64,000 nt of DNA, taken from the IMG/VR virus record IMGVR_UViG_3300006874_000013, positions 1-64,000 of that record. The stretch is one strand, 5' to 3'. The notes under the pieces were generated by a model that was not told where the DNA came from, made no database searches, and saw only the letters and a list, made by a program, of their open reading frames with translations. Positions 1 to 8,444 of the stretch are shown piece by piece. The translations under genes were made by a program, and so were the position numbers. This DNA is from a virus. The number at the start of each line of letters is the position of its first letter. Within the stretch, counting starts at the first letter, position 1.

Positions 1-410
1 TGGTTACAACTTCTGCATTTGAAATTACAGATATTTGATGTACGCATATCGAAATATCTCATGCGAAAACGTTCAGGATCTATGATGCCAGTGTTGTTAT
101 CAGTCATATCTTTGGCATCGCTGATATACTTTGCGTACTCTCTGTTCATGTTGATACGTGGACTGTTTTGTGTGCTTTCCTCTTGTCCTTTGCACACACG
201 ACAGCCTTCTGGTAATTTATCCTGTAACATTTCTATACGGTACTTCTTCATATATTCAGAGTTGATGTAATCGTTGAGATGCGGACTGTCAATTTTTTCT
301 TCACTAAACTGTGCTACACAACAAGGTGCTACTTTACCGTTAGGCTGTCTGTACACACTTATAAAAGGGTATACGCAAAAGCCTTCGCTACCTGATGTTG
401 GGCACTTCAT
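1..410 (-). CDS. Radical SAM protein with N-terminal twitch/SPASM-like Cys cluster (partial; C-terminus runs off the window start)
   Basis: Not in the ORF track. Manual translation from ATG at 410: MKCPTSGSEGFCVYPFISVYRQPNGKVAPCC...CRVC...RYFDMRTSNICNFKCRSCN, containing the CxxxCxxC motif. ATGA overlap with the stop of 407..1600, and paralogous to that ORF. Confidence 0.85.
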   Translation of the reverse strand, partial: MKCPTSGSEGFCVYPFISVYRQPNGKVAPCCVAQFSEEKIDSPHLNDYINSEYMKKYRIEMLQDKLPEGCRVCKGQEESTQNSPRINMNREYAKYISDAKDMTDNNTGIIDPERFRMRYFDMRTSNICNFKCRSCN

Positions 411-1600
411 GCAACCATCTCCTTGAGTTCTGGGAATACCAATTCAAAGTCCTCTCCTCTGATTTGATCTAAACGGTTTGTGTTTTCTATAAATGCTGAT
501 TTATTCAGTTCCCATGTGTGTTCACTGTCAACTACATCTGGAAATTTACTAAATGCTTCATGCACTTCTGGTTCTATGTGATCCTTTAGTTGTTCACACA
601 TATCTTGCCAATTACGTCTACCTTGATCTTTCAACTGCTGTGGTATGCTGTGAATACTCAAATAGGTAGGTTGAAACACTGGATTCAATTGCCAATGTCC
701 TTGTGGCCACAAATCATTCTCATACATGTGCATGATAAATTTTGGTAGACTTACATAATTTAATGCACTAACTGTTGTGGTTATGTTTAATTGTACATTG
801 CTCATGTCTAATAATGTTTTGTAGTTTGTTTCAATCTGATTCCAAATAGTACCGCTTCTAATATATTCACCACGCATACCATAATGATCTAAACTGGCAT
901 ATACACCAATTGGTTTTTCAAAGTTGCTCCACAGTTCTGCTATGTCGTTGTCTTTGAATTTTAATTTACTGATATTGGTATTATAAATTAATTCTATATC
1001 TGTACGACCACTATCAATCATGGCTTTTAATATTACATAATGCTCGTTGGTAACCAGTGGTTCGCCACCTGCAAAATAAGCCTTTTCCATGTGCGGAATA
1101 TGCTCTAAGACGCTGTGTAATGCGTTGTGCGTGTTGTTTTCTTTTATCTCGACTCCAAGTATGCCTTGCTGTTTATCTTCTAATGCCCATTGACTACTAT
1201 AGCCTGCATTGCAACTTCTGCACTTAAAGTTACACACGTTACTGAATCGTATATCAAAATATCTCAGTTTGAAATGTTTAATAGTGCCGTCGATATCTGT
1301 GTCTTTGACTAAATTCATATGCTTCTTGTACATTTCGTTTGCTTCTTGCCTAAAACTTTTGAACCCTGACTCTTCACTTTTATAACAGTTCTTGCATATA
1401 TCGGTTTTAATACCAGCGACCATATTGAGTCTAAGTTCTCTCATAAACTCTGAATTCATTTGCTTGTCTATAGTCCCAACGTTTTCTATTTTGTGTTTGT
1501 AGGACATATCTGAAATACAGCAGGGCAACACATGCCCTTCAGGGCTGTGATGAATGTGTATCCAGGGTAATATGCAAAAAGTATTATTGTTATCAATCAT
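407..1600 (-). CDS. Radical SAM protein with N-terminal twitch/SPASM-like domain
   Basis: CNFKCRSC (CxxxCxxC), AGGEP and YNTN motifs; N-terminal FCILPW...PCC...CKNC cysteine cluster. Confidence 0.9.
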   Translation of the reverse strand: MIDNNNTFCILPWIHIHHSPEGHVLPCCISDMSYKHKIENVGTIDKQMNSEFMRELRLNMVAGIKTDICKNCYKSEESGFKSFRQEANEMYKKHMNLVKDTDIDGTIKHFKLRYFDIRFSNVCNFKCRSCNAGYSSQWALEDKQQGILGVEIKENNTHNALHSVLEHIPHMEKAYFAGGEPLVTNEHYVILKAMIDSGRTDIELIYNTNISKLKFKDNDIAELWSNFEKPIGVYASLDHYGMRGEYIRSGTIWNQIETNYKTLLDMSNVQLNITTTVSALNYVSLPKFIMHMYENDLWPQGHWQLNPVFQPTYLSIHSIPQQLKDQGRRNWQDMCEQLKDHIEPEVHEAFSKFPDVVDSEHTWELNKSAFIENTNRLDQIRGEDFELVFPELKEMVA

Positions 1601-3021
1601 ATGTTGCGGGTCATTATTAAGTCATCATCACTTGCTAACTCTCCACACATATGATAAAAGTCTGCCATTTCTGGGAATGTTTCTAAAAAGTTTGTCCCTC
1701 TACGTTTGTCGTATTCATTAAACCAATTGTAAAAATCTATACGTCCACGTAAAACTTTATCCTCATCATACTGTTCGTTCACAAAGTAATCACGTACTCT
1801 TCGGAATCTTTCATATTCTAATTCACTGAATTTAGTTCTGTCTTCCTCGTCTACATTCTCTCTAATAAAATCTAGTATTTTATCAAAGTATGGTGTAAAT
1901 TGTTCTTTGGGTAATATGTGCATGTCATACTGTAGAGGCTCCTTCAAATACGGAGTATCGAAACGTATTTTACGAACCATTTCATCAGAGCCTAAATTGT
2001 TAGGTATGACATATTCATAACGCTCTCTCCATTCTAATACTTTTTTGAGATAGTCTACAAAACTTGTAACACTGAGAATATTAAATGTAACCATGTGTGT
2101 AATATGGCTTTTCACACCACGTACATAGATGTCTTGATTCTTTTCCCATAACTCTAAGTTTAATCCTGTACGCAAATATTCTGCACGGTCACCCCAAGTG
2201 TCCATGCTAGTAAACATTTTGAATCGACGTATTTTACCATTCCCTAATAGATCGTTCATAACCTCAACAAGTCTTTCAACATGTCGTGATGTATAACCTA
2301 AGTTTGTGTTGATGTTTATTTCCAATTGTGGTTTAGGATTGTTCTGTAGTTCTTCAAACAGTCTCCACGTTGTTTTATGCAGTAAAGGCTCACCTCCCGT
2401 TATTCTCAGTATGTTCAACGTCTTGGAAACTTCTGGCCACCATTTCCACCATGCTTCTACATATGGCGAATCCTCATCATAGATATCAAACCAATCTATG
2501 TCGTTGCGGTGGTTCTTGACCATATCGTATGGTCCATGCTTTTTAATCTCTTGATAGTAACTGCTACTGTGCATTGGATGACAGTAACCGCATTTGAAAT
2601 TACATTCTGAACTGAACGCAATCTCTATGTATTCTGGATTGATTTTGTAATCAGGCGGATTATATAATATTTCGTTTAGTCTTTCTTCAGTATAGATACT
2701 GTTATTACGTTGGTGTCTATCACTTACATGATCGCCACCCATTTCTTCTACATTCCAGCAATACTGACATCCACTTGGTTTTTCGCCATTAAACATTTGT
2801 ATACGTTCTTCAATCTTTTGTGGTGTGTTGTGTAGCACACTAGGATCGTATTTTAATTCTTCAAGAGGGATATCATGCGGCTTAGGGTGATAACAACTGT
2901 GTGTTTGACCTCTGTGCATGTATATTGTAGTGTGGTGCCACTTTGCTAAACAAAATGTTTCACTGACCTCTCGGGTCATCATCTCGTTTGTTTCTCGTAT
3001 TCGATCTACTCGATCACTCAT
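1597..3021 (-). CDS. Radical SAM protein with N-terminal twitch-like domain
   Basis: CNFKCGYC, TGGEP and INTN motifs; N-terminal FCLAKW...SCYHP...CQYC; ATGA overlap with the downstream gene. Confidence 0.9.
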   Translation of the reverse strand: MSDRVDRIRETNEMMTREVSETFCLAKWHHTTIYMHRGQTHSCYHPKPHDIPLEELKYDPSVLHNTPQKIEERIQMFNGEKPSGCQYCWNVEEMGGDHVSDRHQRNNSIYTEERLNEILYNPPDYKINPEYIEIAFSSECNFKCGYCHPMHSSSYYQEIKKHGPYDMVKNHRNDIDWFDIYDEDSPYVEAWWKWWPEVSKTLNILRITGGEPLLHKTTWRLFEELQNNPKPQLEININTNLGYTSRHVERLVEVMNDLLGNGKIRRFKMFTSMDTWGDRAEYLRTGLNLELWEKNQDIYVRGVKSHITHMVTFNILSVTSFVDYLKKVLEWRERYEYVIPNNLGSDEMVRKIRFDTPYLKEPLQYDMHILPKEQFTPYFDKILDFIRENVDEEDRTKFSELEYERFRRVRDYFVNEQYDEDKVLRGRIDFYNWFNEYDKRRGTNFLETFPEMADFYHMCGELASDDDLIMTRNI

Positions 3022-3037
3022 TGTTTATGTCCTGTAA

Positions 3038-3057
3038 TGGGGGAGTTGCCTCCCCCA
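3038..3057 (-). promoter_or_regulatory. Intergenic GC-rich hairpin with GCAA (GNRA) tetraloop
   Basis: The minus strand reads TGGGGGAG-GCAA-CTCCCCCA, an 8-bp stem between the ugd-like gene and the radical SAM gene. No U-tract follows, so it is more likely a stability/processing hairpin than a terminator. Confidence 0.5.
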
Positions 3058-3061
3058 GTGT

Positions 3062-4384
3062 TTATCTTAATGCGTCTGCTCTTGTGTTTCCATAATGTAC
3101 AACTTGCACACCTTCAATAGCAGGAATCTTTCTCCATGGGTCAACTACAACACTTCCTGGCGCAAAGTTAAGTTCTGTGCCGTTTGCTGTTGCAACTGTG
3201 AGAGCTTCATCTGCTTCAGTAACACGATGTTTTCCATTGTACCAACCTTTCACAAAGTCCAGTTGCTCACCATAAGTGACTTCTGGATTGTGTGCTAGTA
3301 AATATACTGCTGGTTTGTCTAACACTGGTTGCGGTGGTACTTCACCAACAACCTCATCATAGTAGTACAAGTCAACACCTTCTTCTTTAACATAGTGTCC
3401 AACTAACATACTGCTAGACCCTGCTTCATACGGTACTAGCGGCTTGTATGCCTTGCCAACAATAATGATTGGCATTGGCGGCACTATGGTTGCACCTGCT
3501 GTAGCAAGTTCAATCATGCTGTCAGCCATGTTCTTTGCTTGTACTTCTCTACTAAGCATTACAGCATCAAACAAGTCATAACCTAAGTTTAAGTTATCTG
3601 CCATCCAACGTAATGCAATGTTATCTCTGGGGTGACAAGCACCACCGTCGCCCATACCTGGTTTCATGTAACCAGGTCCCATAATACGTCTGTCGCTAGT
3701 AGCAAGTGCATCGCATACAACTTCTGCATTAATGTTACCTTGCTTTTCTGCAACGTCTTGTATCATGTTTACTAGGCTAACTTTTGCACTAATAAATGTG
3801 TTGTAAAAAACTTTGATACACTCGCATTCGTCCCATGTTCCTATTACATAACGTGGGTCATTTTGCATAATAGTTTTATAGAAGTCTACAAGTTCTTTTG
3901 CGTCACCTGTTTCACTTCCATCATCAGTACCTATCATTACCATTTCTGGATTAACCATGTCCCATTTAACTGTGCCCATAGCAATCAAGTATGGGTTGTA
4001 AACAAAACGTGCATTTGGTATAAGAGGTACTAGTTCTCTTCTTACTGTTCCGGGCAATACCGTAGATATTAGCACCACCAGTTGCTCTTTGGTTGCAACT
4101 TCATTTACCTCTGACAGAACTTTTTTTACTAGTGTGTAATCAAAGTCTTTGTTAGGTAAATGGCTGGTAGGTGCCTTGCCATCATATTGTGGATCATGTG
4201 GAGTTTGTACTGCAACAAAAACAATGTCTTGTCCTTTTACAGCATCAACCAAGTTCGGAACCATTGTAAAGTTTTCAGGTTCTCTTGGTTCTACATCATA
4301 TCCGACAACATCATGGACCTCGGCTACCATCTCAGCACAGGCTTGCCCTAACTTGCCTACGCCAATGAATCCGATTGAGGCCAT
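3062..4384 (-). CDS. ugd: UDP-glucose/GDP-mannose 6-dehydrogenase family protein
   Basis: Rossmann GVGKLG, VAVQTP, ISTVLPGT, K-x-x-x-N (KVFYN), GDGGACHPRD with the catalytic Cys, and GKAYKP. Start placed at ATG 4384 because the SD (AAGGAG) directly abuts the alternative ATG at 4390. Confidence 0.9.
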   Translation of the reverse strand: MASIGFIGVGKLGQACAEMVAEVHDVVGYDVEPREPENFTMVPNLVDAVKGQDIVFVAVQTPHDPQYDGKAPTSHLPNKDFDYTLVKKVLSEVNEVATKEQLVVLISTVLPGTVRRELVPLIPNARFVYNPYLIAMGTVKWDMVNPEMVMIGTDDGSETGDAKELVDFYKTIMQNDPRYVIGTWDECECIKVFYNTFISAKVSLVNMIQDVAEKQGNINAEVVCDALATSDRRIMGPGYMKPGMGDGGACHPRDNIALRWMADNLNLGYDLFDAVMLSREVQAKNMADSMIELATAGATIVPPMPIIIVGKAYKPLVPYEAGSSSMLVGHYVKEEGVDLYYYDEVVGEVPPQPVLDKPAVYLLAHNPEVTYGEQLDFVKGWYNGKHRVTEADEALTVATANGTELNFAPGSVVVDPWRKIPAIEGVQVVHYGNTRADALR

Positions 4385-4422
4385 TTTCATCTCCTTTGTC
4401 TTCTGTAGATTTAACTACGCAT

Positions 4423-4469
4423 ATATTTATCGTAACATTTTTACACAAAAAGCATTTTACGATAAATAT
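4423..4469. promoter_or_regulatory. Back-to-back divergent late-promoter pair (13-bp perfect inverted repeat containing GATAAATA)
   Basis: ATATTTATCGTAA (4423-4435) and TTACGATAAATAT (4457-4469). Each arm carries GATAAATA, pointing to ugd (-) and to the ART-like gene (+). Confidence 0.7.
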
Positions 4470-4473
4470 CTAT

Positions 4474-4971
4474 ATGCTGATAGAAGATATAGTAGGAAGT
4501 TTTCAAAATTGGAAAAGTAAACGCACTCAGTTGCCTATACCTCCAAAAAGCATGTTATATCATGCAACTCCTGCTATGAACCACAATGCTATTATGCAAC
4601 AGGGCATATTAAATAACGGTGTGTGTAAGTTGTATAAAGGTTGCACAGACGGTGTAGTATTCTTAGCAGACAATCCAAGAACAGCAGTAGAAATGTTAGG
4701 CAATGACAATCCTGGTATTGATCATGACATGTTGGAAAGGTCAGATGGCAAAGGTGTGCTGTATGAAATCAATCCACGTGCTATTGATCCAAGAAACCTA
4801 AGACAAGATCCTGCATTGCCACCAAACTGGCTCAATCCGAAGTTCACTTACATGTATGCTGGCAGTGTGCCTGCAAATGCTATTGTGAAGCACAATGAGT
4901 TTACTATAGATAATAGTTATTACTTGGGTAAAAGGTTTACTGATCAGCCTGTTGCCTACCGTCCGCAGTAA
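4474..4971 (+). CDS. ADP-ribosyltransferase-fold protein (Tpt1/KptA-like NAD-binding half), putative
   Basis: LYHAT...I...GI, VVFLA, LYEIN and YMYAGSVPANAI follow the Tpt1/KptA-type ART pattern. ATG 4474 lies 5 nt after GATAAATA; the 4375 start in the ORF track crosses the promoter region and is unlikely. Confidence 0.55.
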   Translation: MLIEDIVGSFQNWKSKRTQLPIPPKSMLYHATPAMNHNAIMQQGILNNGVCKLYKGCTDGVVFLADNPRTAVEMLGNDNPGIDHDMLERSDGKGVLYEINPRAIDPRNLRQDPALPPNWLNPKFTYMYAGSVPANAIVKHNEFTIDNSYYLGKRFTDQPVAYRPQ

Positions 4972-5692
4972 GCAATATATTACAACTGTTCCACAAATCA
5001 AAAAATTGTGCTGACTCTAGCACACCTGGCATGTTTTCTTTTTCGTCACCCAAGTATGCTTCTAAATAATCTATACCTTTGTACATAGTAGCCATTGCAG
5101 GAAATATACCTGCTTCTTTGCTTTCGTATCCTGTGGTGTAATTTAAGAACTTCATTTTGTCTAGCATATTAAGTTTTAATTCACTAACCTCAGGTGCATA
5201 TCCTTCTGTGGTGTGATATATCGCAAAACGTTTGTGCTTACGTTGATAATATTGATTTACTAAGTCAATATGCTTATTAGGAATGTAAGCATAGTCAATG
5301 TTGTTATAGCAGTATGGTACAAGTAATTCAACTTCAACTGCATCATTGTGTATTTTAAGTTCGTTTACTGTGCCGTGATCTTTAACAAACTGCAATGCTT
5401 CTTGATCTGTTACACTCCATATCAGCGGAATGCCAATGTTTTCACATAGTTTTGTTACATGTTCTATGGTTTCTTCTGACAGTTCGCTTAATTTAGCAAC
5501 TTCTATGTAAGGCTTTGTACCCCACTTGCTTTGTATTGCTACGTATTTTTTCTCTTCTGGTATAAGCAAACGCGGTGTGGTTTTAGTTAATACAACTGCA
5601 TCAGCATTGCACTGTGCCGCGGCAACAATTCTAGCATCTAATAATGATTTACTGTTTTCATGTCCAACACTGATATTAGCAAACAGTTTCAT
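4937..5692 (-). CDS. NeuB/PseI/SpsE-like (sialic acid synthase family) TIM-barrel protein with a degenerate active site
   Basis: Collinear with NeuB: ANISVGH (for AEIGxNH), AAAQCNADAV, ELS..., GIPLIWSVTD, LKI, IYHTTEGYAP, GYESK (for GYSDH), LEAY (for IEKH). No C-terminal SAF/AFP domain. Confidence 0.7.
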   Translation of the reverse strand: MKLFANISVGHENSKSLLDARIVAAAQCNADAVVLTKTTPRLLIPEEKKYVAIQSKWGTKPYIEVAKLSELSEETIEHVTKLCENIGIPLIWSVTDQEALQFVKDHGTVNELKIHNDAVEVELLVPYCYNNIDYAYIPNKHIDLVNQYYQRKHKRFAIYHTTEGYAPEVSELKLNMLDKMKFLNYTTGYESKEAGIFPAMATMYKGIDYLEAYLGDEKENMPGVLESAQFFDLWNSCNILLTADGRQQADQ

Positions 5693-5931
5693 TTAGGGTG
5701 ACCTTCATACCACTCTTTAATAGTATTGACTCTCACATCTCGCCATGCTTTTTTATCTAATGCATACATAAGAATTGTATCACTGTTAGTATCGTAATTT
5801 TTTATATCAATACCTTGTTTATGTATATCTTGATTAAGAGTACACGGCATACTTCGAATTTCTTTTGTATCTATCTTTTCAAATACTACTGTTACTACTC
5901 CTTTCTTGAGTGCTGAAATCAGTTTGTCCAT
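5689..5931 (-). CDS. Small conserved T4-like phage protein (SH3-like/DUF2693-type)
   Basis: LKKGVVTVVFEK...RSMPCTL...YALDKKAWRDVR pattern seen in T4-like phages. Start at ATG 5931 overlaps the upstream stop. Confidence 0.6.
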   Translation of the reverse strand: MDKLISALKKGVVTVVFEKIDTKEIRSMPCTLNQDIHKQGIDIKNYDTNSDTILMYALDKKAWRDVRVNTIKEWYEGHPK

Positions 5932-6074
5932 TAGAAGAGCCAGACCGCCAATAGTATGCCAATTACAAATCCTTCTATCCAACTTATCCATGCAAGATGA
6001 TATTCATCTAAGTTGAATTTATACATGAAGTCCCACACAAATTTTCTATGCCACTTGTGAAGTTTATCAATCAT
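5931..6074 (-). CDS. Small membrane protein (47 aa)
   Basis: ATG 6074 forms an ATGA overlap with the preceding gene; hydrophobic C-terminus LAWISWIEGFVIGILLAVWLF. Confidence 0.6.
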   Translation of the reverse strand: MIDKLHKWHRKFVWDFMYKFNLDEYHLAWISWIEGFVIGILLAVWLF

Positions 6075-7075
6075 TGTATTAATCCTTTTTCTAATAAGTC
6101 TTGTATTTGTTTTTCTCTGATCATTACACCCCAACGTTTTGGATTAACGTAAGTTTTCTTAAAGAATTTACACATTTGTGGGTCTGGGTCAAACAACATC
6201 ATTTCATTTATCTCGTCATTTAATCTACGCCCGAGACTGCATATCTCTTTGTGTAGCATGTTGCTGTCCCATTCAATTTTTGTGTATCTACATTGTTTGT
6301 CGCTAAACCCTTCGAACTGTGGTGCAACGTCTTGATAAAAGAATGCCTTGAACCAATCGTAATCAGAAATACTGTTGCAATCAAAATCTTCTAACACTGT
6401 CATCTCACAACCTAACCTTGCTCCGTAGATAGCCCACAAGCCATTTTCTACATCACTTCCTATGTTACACCATGTTTGTAATCTGTTATAATTACCATAC
6501 CAAATACGATCTACAAAACGATCACGTGGTACTTTGGTACCCTGATCTAAACTCATCTTAACACCCTCACGGAAGCCTGCTCTAAATGCTTGGAACGGTG
6601 AAGCAGTTTGATGCACTTCACTAAATGTGTCGTTTAGTTGTATGTAATTTAGTTTCCAACAAAACTCCATACCTTCTTCGTCATCTGATGCTTCGTGGGT
6701 GTTGATTGTTTTGGTATACTCAGTGGGCCAACACTTTAGTCCACCGTTTCCGTACACCAAACCATTCAGTAAGTTTTTGCCGTTCCAACTAAAGATGCTT
6801 TGTGCAATGTCATTGCCATCGTGATCTGTTTCTGGAAAATCAAGTTCTTGTTCAAAGAAATCATCCATCACAATGTTATCACCGTCTACTGTGATAAAAC
6901 GTTCTGTTTCTGATTGCTCTGCACATGCCTTGTGAGCGGCATCGAATCCTTTGACTCCGTGTACACGTTTTGCCCAAGGTACTTTGTTTAGTAAGTCTGC
7001 CCAATGCTCTTCGCAGTTGGGCTCATCATACGAAATATAGAATATGTCTAGTTCTGTAACGTCAACTTTAGCCAT
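6071..7075 (-). CDS. Glycosyltransferase-like protein (GT-A fold)
   Basis: FYISYDEPN...RVHGVKGFDAAHKACAEQSETERFITVDGDN with a DxD motif, NGLVYGNGG and AFRAGFREGVK. Confidence 0.65.
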   Translation of the reverse strand: MAKVDVTELDIFYISYDEPNCEEHWADLLNKVPWAKRVHGVKGFDAAHKACAEQSETERFITVDGDNIVMDDFFEQELDFPETDHDGNDIAQSIFSWNGKNLLNGLVYGNGGLKCWPTEYTKTINTHEASDDEEGMEFCWKLNYIQLNDTFSEVHQTASPFQAFRAGFREGVKMSLDQGTKVPRDRFVDRIWYGNYNRLQTWCNIGSDVENGLWAIYGARLGCEMTVLEDFDCNSISDYDWFKAFFYQDVAPQFEGFSDKQCRYTKIEWDSNMLHKEICSLGRRLNDEINEMMLFDPDPQMCKFFKKTYVNPKRWGVMIREKQIQDLLEKGLIQ

Positions 7076-8444
7076 TGCAATTATCCATTAATGGTTGTAT
7101 TATTGTACTACATACAAATTCTTTGTCAAGTAGTAATTCTGCATTATGCATTATATCTTCTTTATTAGGTAACTGCTGACGTTCATATATCTCCTGGTAA
7201 ATATCTGCTAATCTCAGTGACTTACCTATGTTTGAATAATCGTCTATGTCAGTTCTGTGTATCTTAAAACCTAAATCTTCCAAATAATCATCAGTGCCAT
7301 TGGTTCCACATATTAATGGCATTGCACCTGCTATCATTGCTTTGAATGTTTTTTCAGTAATAATGCCATATCTAATCAGTGCAACTTTTTGATCTAACAT
7401 TGTTTCATTGATTATATGCCAGTAATATTTACCTACAAGATGTTCTGATATGCTTATTATGTTGGTAGGATGTTCCTCAGTTGTAGGTAATAACTTAGGC
7501 AGTTTTACTTTGCTTAAGAAGTTGTGTACTGTTTCATAATAGTATTCAATATACTTTTCGTTTACCTGATTGAAACTATCGTTATTATTGCCAGGTAATC
7601 TATTAACCTGCATGTCTAATTTCCAAGTATCAGGATTTGTTTTGTTTTTATAAAAGTCCCAATATGTTTCATTGCCTTTTGTAAATGGATTCATTAAGTT
7701 TTGATTATACCCAACTAAACTCCAATCCATTGTGTCTAATAAATTTCTTTTATACATTTCAGCAATGAATGCTAGTCGAGGAGCTCTTGGTTTGAAATTT
7801 GGGCACAGAGCAAAATTTTTATCTCTGTCGAGCATGTCTAAGTAATTTTGTTTTGCTGTATTGTTATTGTATGCATGAATTAAAAATCCAGTAGAACCAA
7901 TTGTGATATGCATCCAAATTGGTAAAGGAACAGACTTAATGTTTAATTGTTTGTGTTCAAATTTTGTAATATTACTTGTAAGGCATATAATTTCTCTAGG
8001 CATAACTCTCAGAGACATAATATACTGTAGCCATGTTCCATTATCATTTATGTCTCTGCCGCCGAGCCCGTCTTCAAAATCACAAATTATTACTTTGTGA
8101 TTTACTAGTATACGTTTTAGTTCTTCAGGTGGAGTATTAAAAAATGTTGTCAAGTCAAATTCATAATAAGTATTTTGTTCTTTGGCATCTTTTGTTTCAA
8201 CTTGTTCATTGCTGAAATCAATTTTGTCTTTACTTAATTTTAGAAATGTGTCCTTTAGAGCGTGTGTTTGCAAGTTTATGGGAACCAAATGATTTGGGTA
8301 CTGCGTAACACAAGACTCTAAAGGATCACGTGAATCGTTATATACTTCAGCAGGTTCCCTCATTATTAAGTCGGTTAATGTCCATCTTAATTTGTTTTTG
8401 GGATCCAGCCAGTAATGTTGTTTGACTGTTCTAATCTTTATCAT
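7068..8444 (-). CDS. Putative GT-B/fucosyltransferase-like glycosyltransferase
   Basis: C-terminal HIINET...IITEKTFKAMIAGAMPLICG resembles the E-N/T...(S/T)EK nucleotide-sugar motif of GT10/GT-B proteins; context is a sugar cluster. Confidence 0.45.
   Translation of the reverse strand: MIKIRTVKQHYWLDPKNKLRWTLTDLIMREPAEVYNDSRDPLESCVTQYPNHLVPINLQTHALKDTFLKLSKDKIDFSNEQVETKDAKEQNTYYEFDLTTFFNTPPEELKRILVNHKVIICDFEDGLGGRDINDNGTWLQYIMSLRVMPREIICLTSNITKFEHKQLNIKSVPLPIWMHITIGSTGFLIHAYNNNTAKQNYLDMLDRDKNFALCPNFKPRAPRLAFIAEMYKRNLLDTMDWSLVGYNQNLMNPFTKGNETYWDFYKNKTNPDTWKLDMQVNRLPGNNNDSFNQVNEKYIEYYYETVHNFLSKVKLPKLLPTTEEHPTNIISISEHLVGKYYWHIINETMLDQKVALIRYGIITEKTFKAMIAGAMPLICGTNGTDDYLEDLGFKIHRTDIDDYSNIGKSLRLADIYQEIYERQQLPNKEDIMHNAELLLDKEFVCSTIIQPLMDNCNG

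Noticed and set aside
19-270. Plus-strand 83-aa ORF in the track
   Set aside because: It lies antisense to a clear radical SAM CDS (1..410, minus) that the track missed because it runs off the window.
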